Assembly (NCBI GenBank): GCA_002269645.1
Contig: NIVC01002281.1
Coordinates: 62,001 to 126,000, forward strand
DNA: 64,000 bases
Direction of reading: 5' to 3'
From: Macrostomum lignano
Taxonomy: Eukaryota
Shown: positions 26,407 to 37,630 of the stretch, piece by piece
Layout of the letters: the number at the start of each line of letters is the position of its first letter
Position numbering within the stretch: position 1 is the stretch's first letter
Position numbers and translations under genes: made by a program
Notes under the pieces: generated by a model
The model's database searches: none
Told to the model about the DNA's origin: nothing
The model's input: only the letters and a program-made list of their open reading frames with translations

Positions 26407-28388
26407 TGTTCACTTGTCTCACTGATGCTGGTCAAATATTTATACTGTCTTGACAGGCCTGTGAACTTAGATAGCTAGACAGCTTAGTCTGACCAGTGTC
26501 TGTCTGTTAGTCTTTAAATGTTTTGCTACTTTTGTAGCTAATTGCTGAAAAAGAATTGGTATTAATCAGGTGAGGTATATCTAGTATGTTTCATATACTG
26601 AATATAACTCTTAACATAGTAATATAGATCTAAAGTGAAATTTGGTTTTTTAATTACAATTTGGTTGATATAATTAACAAAAAAGACAATATGCCAAATG
26701 GCAGAACTAATAAATCATATATTTTTGTATTTTTATATAAAATATTTTTATCAGTAAGTTCTTCTTGATAACAAAAGCTTATTGTTAGAAAAAAACTGGC
26801 ATAGTCTATTTAATGAATAATTTCTAATAAATAAGTAGGCAATTAGTAGGTGACTAAGTTTAAAAATACCAAATTGAATTAATGTTACTTCTTTTTTAAT
26901 TTTATTGCAAAATAACTTTTATGATTTATTTAAGCATAATATATTATAAAATGCTATAATTTGCTAGGCAAGAAATTGAGCCTTAACCTAATTGAAATTC
27001 TAAGGCTATTGTATATTCCTATGTGAGTATATGCTTATATAAAGGACTATATTTAAATATACAGATATTTATTTGTATGTTTAAATGTTTGATTCAATTT
27101 ATTTTTTAATTTTTAAATAAGATTTAACCTTGTTTATCATTAGACATAGCTATATACCTTTCTTTATACCTAGGGATTGGTCTTTAAGGATGTCGCTTTA
27201 ACCAAAATTAATATAATTTTATATAGAACTGAGCCTAGGCCACTAGTATGAGTGATATACTAGATAACTGAGCTATGCCAATAAAACAGCAAATATAAAT
27301 ATAAATATATCAAGACTTGATTTGGCATAAGATTTGAGTCTTAAAATCAATTATAATTAGATTATCTAATTCTAATTACAATATAAATATCATTTTGTAC
27401 CTAAACTATAAGTTTAGATATGCCAATAGTCTAAAACTTGTGGTCTTTGCCATAAAATATTCTGGTATACACAAGGCCAAGGGACCCTTTAATGAACTTG
27501 ATACATATGATAACTGCTAGTATAAATCAATATGAGTTCTAAGAATTACATGAATTTGCTATGAAACATTCTATTTCTTGCATACACTATGCTCTATAGC
27601 AGCCAAGATAGAATTCTTTTATTTAGTATATCCAATACAGGCATGCATTTTCTATTACATGCAAAATAGTTTCTAATAGAACTTGATAGAAAAAATTAAA
27701 GCTTTTTTAGAAAGGTAAATTCAAATTCTTGCCAAATTTGTTTTACTATAATACTATATATAAGCATAGTTAATTTTTGATTTATATGTATATATATATA
27801 TGTATATACTTTTATTTGAAAGATTGCACATTAGCATTTTTAATAATTTTGCAATATATCTTGTTTAAAGTTTTGTCTTATAATTGCATTTTTAGTTCAA
27901 TTGAAAAATGCATTGTATTTCTTCTGCAAGTTTTCTATCCTGATATAAGCGGTACTAGTCTAGAAAATTTAAATGAAAAAGTATATATTACTAAGGTACA
28001 CATATATATTTATGTATATGTATGTATTTATTATATGTTTTATATATTAAATACACTATTATATAATTATAATAATTAAATGTGGCCCCCATCAAGTTTT
28101 ATTTTTCATATAAAACATATACATTATTATATTATAATTATATTTAGGAAGGCAAATAAGAGGTCAGGAAAAGCTAGGCCCTTAGTAAATTATGGCAGAA
28201 AATTCTAATATTGTATATAGACAAAAATGTAAGTGAATTGGTGCATTTAGCGCATAACAAAAGCCTAGTAGAATTTTTTAGCCCACAGTGGCATATAGCA
28301 AAAGCTGATTAGAAAAAATAGCTTATAATGGGTCACCTAAAATTTTATCCACATATCATTATATGCAATGTATACAAGGGGTGCGCAA

Positions 28389-28750
28389 GGGGGCCGTAGC
28401 CCAGCGGTAGCGCAGCTGCTCTGGTGTGCCAGCGACCCAGGCTCGATTCCAAGTGCACTCACATTAATTTGGGGCTGAATTGGAATCTTGGCTTGGCTCT
28501 GCTTGTGCAATTAACGGCCTTGAGAGCCAACCCCCCAAGGCACAGTGAAGTGTGTACAAGCCTAACGATAAATAAAGATAGAGCCCCTGTACACTCCTGT
28601 GTGAGTGTGTGCCTGCGTACGTATCTGCGCGCTTGTATGCCTGCTCAGGGGAGTTGGCGGAATGGGCAGTAATGCCTCTCGCCAGTTGTGTGCCAATGTC
28701 GCTTAATGTGCTCCAGGGTGCACACAACCCCCCTGCCTCTAATAAAAAAA
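28389..28750 (+). mobile_element. tRNA-derived SINE, copy 2 (full length), inserted in the left mariner TIR
   Basis: A-box TAGCCCAGCGGT, B-box-like GCTCGATTCC and 3' tail CTCTAATAAAAAAA. 13-bp TSD AAGGGGTGC(G/A)CAA at 28376-28388 and 28749-28761. Confidence 0.92.
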
Positions 28751-28821
28751 GGGGTGCACAAAAAATTTTGGCAACTGGGTTCCCAATTGCAGATGAATTG
28801 TTAGTAAATCTTAAAACTTTA

Positions 28822-29888
28822 TTAAAGTCCTTCAATGTAATCTCTGCCACATTGTATGCATTTCTGGTGATGACGGATCCTTGCCTCAAAGGCAGCGTGG
28901 TACTCTGAAGCTGGCATGGTGTTCAGCTCTGAATTGATGCGGCGAGCCAGGTCTTGGGGCTGCTAAAAATGGCATCCAGCTATGCATTTGGTCAGCTTCG
29001 GGAAGACCCAGAAGTTGCAGGGTGCCAAGTCAGGACTGTATGGAGGGTGCAGTATCACCTTGAGCTTGTTATCGGCCAAAAAGCTTGTTGTCATGGCCGC
29101 AGAGTGGCTGGAGGTGTTGTCGTAGTGCAAGTGAATTCTGCCACTTTGGAGGTGGGTTGGCTGCTTTTCCATGACTGAAGCCACGACTTTAGGCAAAACC
29201 TTGCCAGTATAGAATGTGGCATTGACATTCTGTCCATTTGGCACCATAACAACTGTCTCTGGCCCATTGATGCTGAAAAAGATGACGAACATCTGCTTCT
29301 GTGAGCGAAACCCAGGGCACAGATCAGTTGGACAGTCTTCATCAAAACCGATCCAAACCTTGTTTTGGTTCTTGTGAGGCACTTGGAAGTAGTAAAACCA
29401 CTTCTCATTACCAGTCACGACATCAGTAAGTCGTTTAGTGCCACCTTTTCCAAAGCATTGCAGAAATTCTTGGCTGCATCGAACCCTCTCCTGCTTCTGC
29501 TCTGCTGTGAGTGCATGAGGTACCCAATGGGCCATTACCTTGTGGAGGCCAAAAGGGTCATGCAGGATGGTTTGGACACTGCCATCAGAAATGCCATTGT
29601 CTGGCTAAGTAGTGCAATGGTGATATTGCAATCTTCATCCACCAGCTGTTGCATAGCTACAATGTTCTGCTCGGTCACGGATGTCATTGGCCTCCCAGAA
29701 CAAGGGCTGTCGGTCATGGAGTGTCGACCAGCACTGACCAATTCAATCTAATGGGCGACGGTGCAGTACGAAGGGGCCTGATCTGCTACAACTTGGATTA
29801 GCTTGGCATGAATTTTGGTTGCGTTTTCACTGAGCTGCGATTGCATGAAAACATAAAATCTCCACTGATCAGCAGTGATATTTGCCAT
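28822..29888 (-). pseudogene. mariner transposase pseudogene (~355 codons; two premature stops, one frameshift near 29595, two catalytic Asp changed to Asn)
   Basis: Reconstructed: MANITADQWRFYVF...APSYCTVAH*...SPCSGRP...GISDGSVQTILHD..HWVPHAL..VVTGNEKW..HYDN-x33-HPPYSPDLAPC(N)FW..F*..KCIQCGRDYIEGL*. There are 34 residues between the second and third catalytic positions. Confidence 0.93.
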
Positions 29889-30884
29889 TTGAAGGCTGAA
29901 AACAAGACTGTATGTTAATCAAAATGCTCTAGGAAGCGAAAAAATCCATGCAATAAGCTAAAAATTTATGAACAAATGCAAAATATACTCAAATTTATGA
30001 GATTAAAAAATGGTTGCATTTAAACGTTTACTTAAAAAGTTATGAGCCAGTTGCCAAGACTTTTTGCATATCCCTTGTAAAATGTTTTTGATACATTTTT
30101 TAGTTATCATAATTGATATATGCCAATTAACAATTGATCTTTGGTTTACATGCCATGACTAGAACAAATCATGCAGCTACTATCTTGCAACTCTGCGCTT
30201 GATCAGCTCTACTTGTGGCTTTTTTCTAAGTGAGCATAGAAGCACTATGTGGTATATATTTTTATGGCCAAGGGTATGCGAACAAATGCATACTGCTTGC
30301 AACAGGAAGCACTTATAAAAATTGGACTTTCATGGCACGAAAGCTAAAATAAGCCGTTAACTTTTAAGGCATTTGATTTTTAAACACACACTAATACTTG
30401 TGAAAAAAGCAAAAGTGATACTACTTCTGAGACACCCCTCCTAATATTAAAAATTTAAATAGATTTCTTACTGATAGAATTTATAGTGTCATATCCCATA
30501 GTCCAGACCATGACAGGCATATGCCGGAATGAAAACTCATGTTTTTTTAATTTTTTACCGACATAAAATTAAAAAATGTTTATACCAAGACTAAAATTGT
30601 TTATATGCCATTTTTTAACATATATCTTTTTAGGAATTATTAACTTTTACTAAACTTTAAAACAGCTGTTTTTTGCTAAAAACTGATATTCTTATTTTAA
30701 TATTGATTTTTGATTTTCTTGTGACTGCATTAATATTTTCTATTTTAGTTTCCAATTATTTTTAAACAGCTTTTGATGTTGGTTGATATTTAACTACACA
30801 ATTACATTAGCCTTGAACTTAGCTATTTTTTGTACGTTAACAGTGTATACTTCATATTAAACCTGAAAATTCTATATGCCAAGT

Positions 30885-33620
30885 TAGTGTTCCGCCGTAA
30901 TTACGGCTACGGCTACGGCAAATTACGGCTACGACACTTTTGAAGCCGTATTTTCATTATGGATTACGGTTACGGACATATTTTGAGCTTACGGTTACGG
31001 TTACGGATTACGGAGATTTTTCTAGACTTGCCATAATTGGTAGCCGTAACAAAAATTATTTATTTTTAACTGTTTAGTGTTATAAAAGAAATTTTTTTAT
31101 ATCAACTTCAACCAGTTTTCATTTTGTTTTACTAGTTATTATTATTTTTTACATTTGTTAAGTTTCTAAATATCTACGAAAATTTTTGAAAATGAAAAAC
31201 GAATTTTTTTCACGAATTTTCTCATTAGGCATACGGCATAGCATAGCATAGCATAGCGATAGCATGATAGCAGCGAGACAGAGAGAGCCAGTCAAAGCCT
31301 ACAAGAGACTAAGAATCTGGCATTCTTATTTCTTAGCCAAATGTAGCATTTAGCTCCTTAGCATAAAAATAGGATATTAGATTTAGATTATGAGGATAAG
31401 GATGAAAGAATATTAATAAGGAAATACTAAATAAATACTAATAGGATAAGAATATGAATTATGATTGAAAATTGATTGAAACCAAAGAAGACAATACAAT
31501 AGACAATGCAATAAAATGAAAAAGAAAAAATGTAACATATGATGTAGTATGTTCGTTTTAAAGAAAAAGACCTTTCCAATATAAGTATTAAATACGTTAC
31601 GAAGCATTTCTAGGAAATATCATAGTTCAAATCTGCGCAAAAAGAAATCATTATTATTTTGTTTTACTGTTGTGAATTCAAATAATATTTCACGAAATAA
31701 TATTTGTTTTAAATACATTTCATAACTAGTATAAATAGGAGTCCAGAATGGGCCTAAAGAAGCAACTTTGGGAGCAACCTGGGAGCAACCTGTCTTTTAC
31801 CGCAAAATTGCGAGTTCTACTAAATCCTATTTGCAAGACTTAAAGACTTCTTCATTTCTTAGAGTAAAAGCCCCAATTGGGAGTATCAGAAACCGCTACA
31901 AGCGAGAAACCGCCTCAGGGCAGTAAATTGTAAATTCGCCTCAGGGCAGGAGAACCGCCTCATAACGAGAGAAGATCGCCTCAGGGCAGAGAAAGAGCAT
32001 AAGCTGTGACCCTCTGATCCAGGGAACGCCCAGGACTGAGAGAATAATATTAGGGGAAGCATAGGAATAGAATAGACAGTGCCAATAGACCGCTCAGGCC
32101 CGAAAGTACAATAGAAGTACATACGCTACCGATAGAAGTACATACGCTACCAATAGAAGTACATGCGCTACCAATAGAAAGACAATTAATAACCAGTAGA
32201 ATTATTAAGGAGAAATAGCCTTATTACAACTTTGGTGGCACTTAGTGGTATTCTAGGTACACAGGAATCCCCCCTTGTAACAACTGTGGTGGCAGCTAGT
32301 ACGGCTAGCAAAAGAATAATTAAGAGCCCTGGGACACATGCAATTTCTTAGTCATCGGAAATTTTGAAGCAGTTTTATTTGAACAAATTCATATTCATTT
32401 AATGATATTAAACATACACATTGACCTTGGCACGTCAGTCATATATTTATATTGTAGCGAAACAAAACAGAATCACGACACAGAAAACTGAAAAAGGCAC
32501 CAAGCACACAATTGCATACAACAATGCTAAAGAATACTTAGATAAAGATATTATATTTATGAAAAAATAAATGAAGGCTCATTCCATATAAGATGGACAT
32601 ATTTGGAAAATAGAAAAAAGTCAATATTTTTGCTTGCCATTGCCTAATTAGCCTATTTTTTACCAAATGTTTATATTGTGCAATATATACAATCTAAGAA
32701 TAAAGGAATGGTAAAATGTTGGATTAGTATGTTATCAATTGGCAAAAAGTCATTTTTGTAAAAATTTGGACATTTTTCGAAGCAAAAGACATCATTAAGA
32801 TTTTGTACCTTTTAAAAACAAATAGAAAGCTTTTGAAGGTTGAAACAAACTATAGATAAAAGTATAGTACTTGCATCATCAGATAAAAGCATTGGTGACC
32901 AAATAATCTATTATATTTTTAATGTATTAGTACCTCAAAGTTACTGAATTGACAGAAAAAAATATGTTACGACCATAATGTTATGACCATAAGGCTGCCT
33001 TTTCTTTTGTATCTTTGTTGCCTTTTGAGTTTATATATTCTAATAAAAGAGTATGATTTCTAAAGATGTTCTTAGTCAAATTTTAAAAATGTATTGCAAA
33101 ATATCAAAAAATGAAAAATGTTATAAGACTTTTACCTTTTAGTTTCTATATGTCAAAAATCCTGTCGTTACAACCATAAGTGTCATTTAAGGTTTAATAG
33201 CATCTATACTAATGATGATATCTATATGAAACTCTATAAATATATTCTAGACAAAATAATCTTTCATTTAAAATATTGGTTTAGTATATTCTATTATTAG
33301 ATTTCATTTTATAAGTAAAAATAACCTGTCATGTTACGACCATGCTTATATGGAATGAGCCTGAATGTTAATGCATGAACAAACAACAAGTAGGTTTTAT
33401 TGCTATCCTTTTTATCCTTTTTATCTGTCCTTTTCTGTCTGCCCCACTTTTCATGCAAAAATATCAATTTTTGTTATACATTACGGCTACGGTTACGGCA
33501 AATTACAGTTACGGACTTTTTTAGCCCGTAATGACGGCAAAATTCAGCTACGGAAGTTGCTTCTTTCTTATGGCTACGGTTACGGTTACGGAGGTCAAAA
33601 CTCGCGGCGGCGGAACACTA
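30885..33620. mobile_element. non-autonomous hAT DNA transposon, 2736 bp
   Basis: Perfect 13-bp TIR TAGTGTTCCGCCG / CGGCGGAACACTA. Perfect 8-bp TSD TGCCAAGT (30877-84, 33621-28). Clusters of (C/T)TACGG subterminal repeats at both ends. No transposase ORF. Confidence 0.93.
32576..33361. mobile_element. MITE nested in the hAT element (786 bp; 4-bp TSD, Kolobok- or Sola-like)
   Basis: Perfect 17-bp TIR GGCTCATTCCATATAAG / CTTATATGGAATGAGCC, with TGAA on both flanks. Internal GTTACGACCATA-like motif occurs four times. The superfamily assignment is inference. Confidence 0.85.
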
Positions 33621-36370
33621 TGCCAAGTGTACGCCAAGATTGTCAGCAAGAGCAAAATATACTAGAAAATTCTGGCATAAAGGCCACTTTCCAGACTATG
33701 GGTCACATCAAATGTTTGAATACAATAGTATATGTAAATATAAAACTAGTGTGCGACATAAGTAAAATTAATTAATATTACTTAAATTAAAGTTAATTTA
33801 AATAAAATAAAAGAACACATTAATTTAATTTTTAATGCAGTTTCCCATTTTTCAAACCAATAATAATTACTAGGGCCTATATAAAGAACAAGCTATTGAA
33901 ACTTTTGGATTTTGAACCAGCTAAATTCCAATCTTTAGAACTATTTTTTCATATATTCCATTAAAAATAAATTATAATTATAATAATAATCACTTTGCTT
34001 GCATTTTTTCCTATGCCTATGGTACTTATTGGCTCAATAATAAAAGTAATCCTATTAATATTTTTAATAAATATAATAATAAATGCTCTCTGATCTATTT
34101 AAATGCCAAATAGCCAATTTAAAAGCTATATACTACACCTTGTTGCAGATTGACTGTTGCCATTTCAACTGTCAGTGTCACCAGATTGACTAGATACTAT
34201 CTATGCCTCCCCTTATAATAAATCTGCCACTGCTCTATACTATAGTGTACAAAGATAAATAAGGAATGTCAAAAAATTATTAATACTTTCGTCTTTTTGG
34301 CAGGAATGCAAGCTAGGAATGAGACATTGTCATTAATGCCAATGGAGAATGGATCAAAGTCAAGTCAACAAATTTATTAAATATTTTAATTATTTGGTCT
34401 ATATCTATGGGGGGCCTGATAAACAATAAACTCACAAAAAACTTTTTAAAGTGCCATCCTAAAGGCTAAATTATTATTTTAAACTATAAAATGGAGCAGC
34501 TTCTGAACAATTATAATTTATTCAAGAAACAACCGACCGACCGATATATCCATATTATAGTAGAAGACCACACCATAATTTTTCCTGCAAAAGCATTTTA
34601 AAACATATTCATATAATTATGGGCTGAATTAAGATTCAAACTTTATCTATGATAAGCTTCGAAAGAGCCTCTCTGTAAAAATTTGGACGTTTCTTATTAT
34701 TTCTTGCTTAATATTTTGTTTTATTTTTACCTAATATCTATAGGAAAAAAATTCAAAGTACACGAGGTCATTTGCTTCATATTTTGAAACAAGAATTTCT
34801 TTAGTCTAGAAGCATAAATTAAACAAATTCTCCTTTCGTTTCGTTATCATCACGTGTTGGAATGGAATCTGAAGTGTGTACATTTCGCACTCATTGTAGA
34901 TCAGGTACAGTAGGTACGCATGCATAAATAACGAAACAAAGGGTCACGAACTGAAACTCAATTTGAGCAAGAAGTTTTATATTTGTTTAAAACAAAGATG
35001 TGCTTTAATTTTTATTTGAATATTTTTTCAGCTGAAAATCGGGCATCATTTATGAATACTGCGGCCGCTGTAGACAGAATGTTTTAGCAAAGAATAGAGG
35101 CTGCACATCGTTGACCTGAATGAAGAAAAGCTTGTGTTTTAATCTTAAAAACAAATAAATATTTAGAAAGAAACTATAAGAAGATTTAGTCGTACCTTTT
35201 TCCTTTAGTGCGCATGCACTGACAGCTGTTCGCTTCTCTGTTACGTAGGATAGTGAAATTAAAAGAAGAAATATAAAAAACGAATAAAGTTTAAAATAGA
35301 AATTAGTTTGCTTAAATTTAATCAAGAAACTGTAAAACAGGGCGGCACTAGAACGAAAAAAAGGCAGCCAAATGGCATGGAAAGCCAGGACTGAGCCGAC
35401 TTAATCTGAGACTAGCATAGGAAAAAGGAAAAATTGAAATAATTTCCCAGATAAAAGAGCATTTCAAAGTTACAAAGAAAATCAGGGGTGGAAAAGTTTG
35501 CAAAAAAATCACGAATCGACCAGTCTGTCTGCATTAGGAAAAAATACTCGAGAAACTGAAGCGGAATACTCGATCAACAGAAGCTAAACAAAAAGTTAAG
35601 ACAAAGTAACACAAAACTGAAACGAAAAGAGAAGATTAAGCAGCAAATTTTGATCAATCAAATACGAGAAGACAACTTTTTTCGTTCGGGAATGTTGCAC
35701 GCAGCTGCATGCTTCGGCGCAACCTTGGGATTCACCTGGCCACACATGTAACACACACACATGTAAGTCCCTATTGAACAGAATAGTAGTCACGTGACTG
35801 CTCTCAGCCAATAGCGACTTACATGTATGTGTTGCCAATAGAAACGGCCGGGTGATTCCCAAGGTTGCGCATGTATGGACCTGCTGTGACAGGAAAATAG
35901 TAGCAATTTTTTTATTAACTGAAAATAACAACAGAGCAGAGCCAAAAAAAGTTTTCGACGACACACCAGCAGACAGACAGGGCCAGCGTGCCAAAGTTCC
36001 CAAGCGCTAATACCAGAGTACTCCTGTAATAAAGACAAAAGTACAAAGGTACGAATCGATTACTATAGGCGTTTCCGGTCAAGTAGCAATATAAGTCAGT
36101 TCAAAGTGCGTGGCAACAAGCCAAATTGCCAATTCAGAGATACGAAAAGACCAAGTCAAGTGCATCAAGTGCAAGTGAGTCTTCTCCTCGGTCAAATACG
36201 TCTTATCGATCGCTGCTTGTCCCCATCGGATATTCTGGCTCGTGTAGCAGCCATTTTACTGCTGAGTTGGATTGGCCTTTTGTATGCATCAGCGTTGATA
36301 AGCGCAGCTCTAATTGGCTAATTTGCACTTGATTTGGGCTATGTTCAACTTGAGAGTTGGATATTGTACT

Positions 36371-36904
36371 CAGGGGCGTCGCCATGGATTTTATGGTGAT
36401 GGGGGGGCAAAGCCAAGAATTCAACATGTACATGTAGATGACTAAATTTTAGCACTCATTTTGGCGCCGCAGGCACTCCTTTTGGCGCCGCAGACACTCC
36501 TTTTGGCGCCGCCAGGCACTTATTTTAGCGCGGCAGGTACTCATTTTAGCGCGCCAGGCACTCATTTTAGCGCGCCAGGCACTCATTTTAGCGCGCCAGG
36601 CACTTATTTTAGCGCCGCAGGCACTCATTTTAGTGCTGCAGGCACTTATTTTAGCGCGGCAGGCACTCATTTTAGCGCCGCAGGCACTCATTTTAGCGCG
36701 GCAGGCACTCATTTTAGCGCGGCAGGCACTCATTTTAGCGCGGCAGGCACTCATTTTAGCGCGGCAGGCACTCATTTTAGCGCCTAGCGCTATATTTTGG
36801 CGCCTGAAGAAAAATTATTGATTACCACAACGACTCACAAGGTGGGGTGGGGAGGACAAGGTGGGGTGGGATTGCCATCCCCCCCCGGTGGCGATGCGCG
36901 CCTG
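36371..36904. mobile_element. hAT-type MITE carrying an internal 21-bp minisatellite
   Basis: Imperfect TIR CAGGGGCGTCGCCA / TGGCGATGCGCGCCTG with internal G8 and C8 runs. 8-bp TSD ATTGTACT / ATTGTGCT (one mismatch). Confidence 0.75.
36450..36800. repeat. 21-bp minisatellite (TTTTAGCGCGGCAGGCACTCA)n, about 16 copies, inside the MITE
   Basis: Period 21 read directly. Confidence 0.95.
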
Positions 36905-36983
36905 ATTGTGCTACTTGACCGGAAAAAACACCTACAAACCAGGCACAGGCCCGGCCCCGACTAGCTAACCCCAAGTTCGTGAG

Positions 36984-37630
36984 TCAGTCCTGCCGATCGG
37001 GGAAGCAGGCCCAGCCGCTGCTAGCTGGGGCAGGCGAATCCCACAGCAGAGTCTCGCCAAGCAGCATCCGAGCCACCGGGTCGCTGCTGCTGCCAACAAC
37101 GGCGCCGGCGTTTTCGTCATCGTCGGGATCGTTGGGGCCGCCGCTGCTGCCACTGTCGAGGAAGCCGCCCCAGAGACTGCGATTGGACAGCGTGGGCTCA
37201 GGCCAGGCAACAGCCTCCGAGCCGCGCCATCCAGACTCCTGCCGGGCCTCCTGCTGTTGCTGCTGAGTTGTCGCCGGCTGCAGCAGCTGCTGACGCCGCA
37301 GCTCCTCGTAGTGGAACATCCGCTGCGACTTCTGCAGGGTGACCTGCGCCAGCTCTGAGAGCGGCCTCTCCTGGCACCAGGGCGCCACCAGGCCGGTTGG
37401 GGGACCTGCGACCTGGTGCAGCTGCTGCTGCTGTTGCCGCTGCTGCTGCTGCTGCTGGCGCTGCCGCTGCTGTAGCTGGTGATGACTGTTCTGTTGGTGA
37501 TACTGGTGCTGGCGCAGCGGATGCCCCGGCCCGTATAAGCCAGCTGCGATTGGCTTCATTTGTTGTTGTTGCTGCTGCTGCTGCGGACTCGGCTGCTGGC
37601 CGATTCGCTGGTTGGCTTCCTCGGCTTCTT
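36984..37630 (-). CDS. TMEM131: TMEM131 exon 13 (poly-Q tail, Trp-containing C-terminus, stop)
   Basis: Pyrimidine-rich acceptor CCTTTAG, EEAEEANQ...GWACFPDRQD*. Confidence 0.82.

Larger units (their letters stand above)
28375..30077 (-). mobile_element. full-length but inactive mariner (DD34D) transposon, about 1.33 kb after removing the nested SINE
   Basis: TA target duplications at 28373-74 and 30078-79. Imperfect ~31-bp TIRs: left CAAGGGGTGCACAAAAAATTTTGGCAACTGG (interrupted by the SINE), right CCAGTTGCCAAGACTTTTTGCATATCCCTTG (30047-30077). A transposase remnant lies inside. Confidence 0.93.

Noticed and set aside
28389-28460. Functional tRNA genes at the SINE heads (also 25741-25819 and 61080-61150)
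   Set aside because: No complete cloverleaf or acceptor stem; they continue into a shared body with a tail and TSDs, or into a repeat.
28640-28680. HDV-like ribozyme in the SINE 3' part (GGCGGAATGGGCAG resembles the HDV 3' end)
   Set aside because: The only complementary P2 strand is 17 nt away, too close to fit P3, P1 and P4.
31850-32340. Solo LTR inside the hAT element (TTACA followed by PBS-like TGGTGGC; short internal repeats)
   Set aside because: No matching TSD around any TG...CA pair and no second LTR or coding remnant.
36106-36433. Three overlapping 68-76 aa ORFs between hippo and TMEM131
   Set aside because: Short, open on both strands, and with no motif or splice support.
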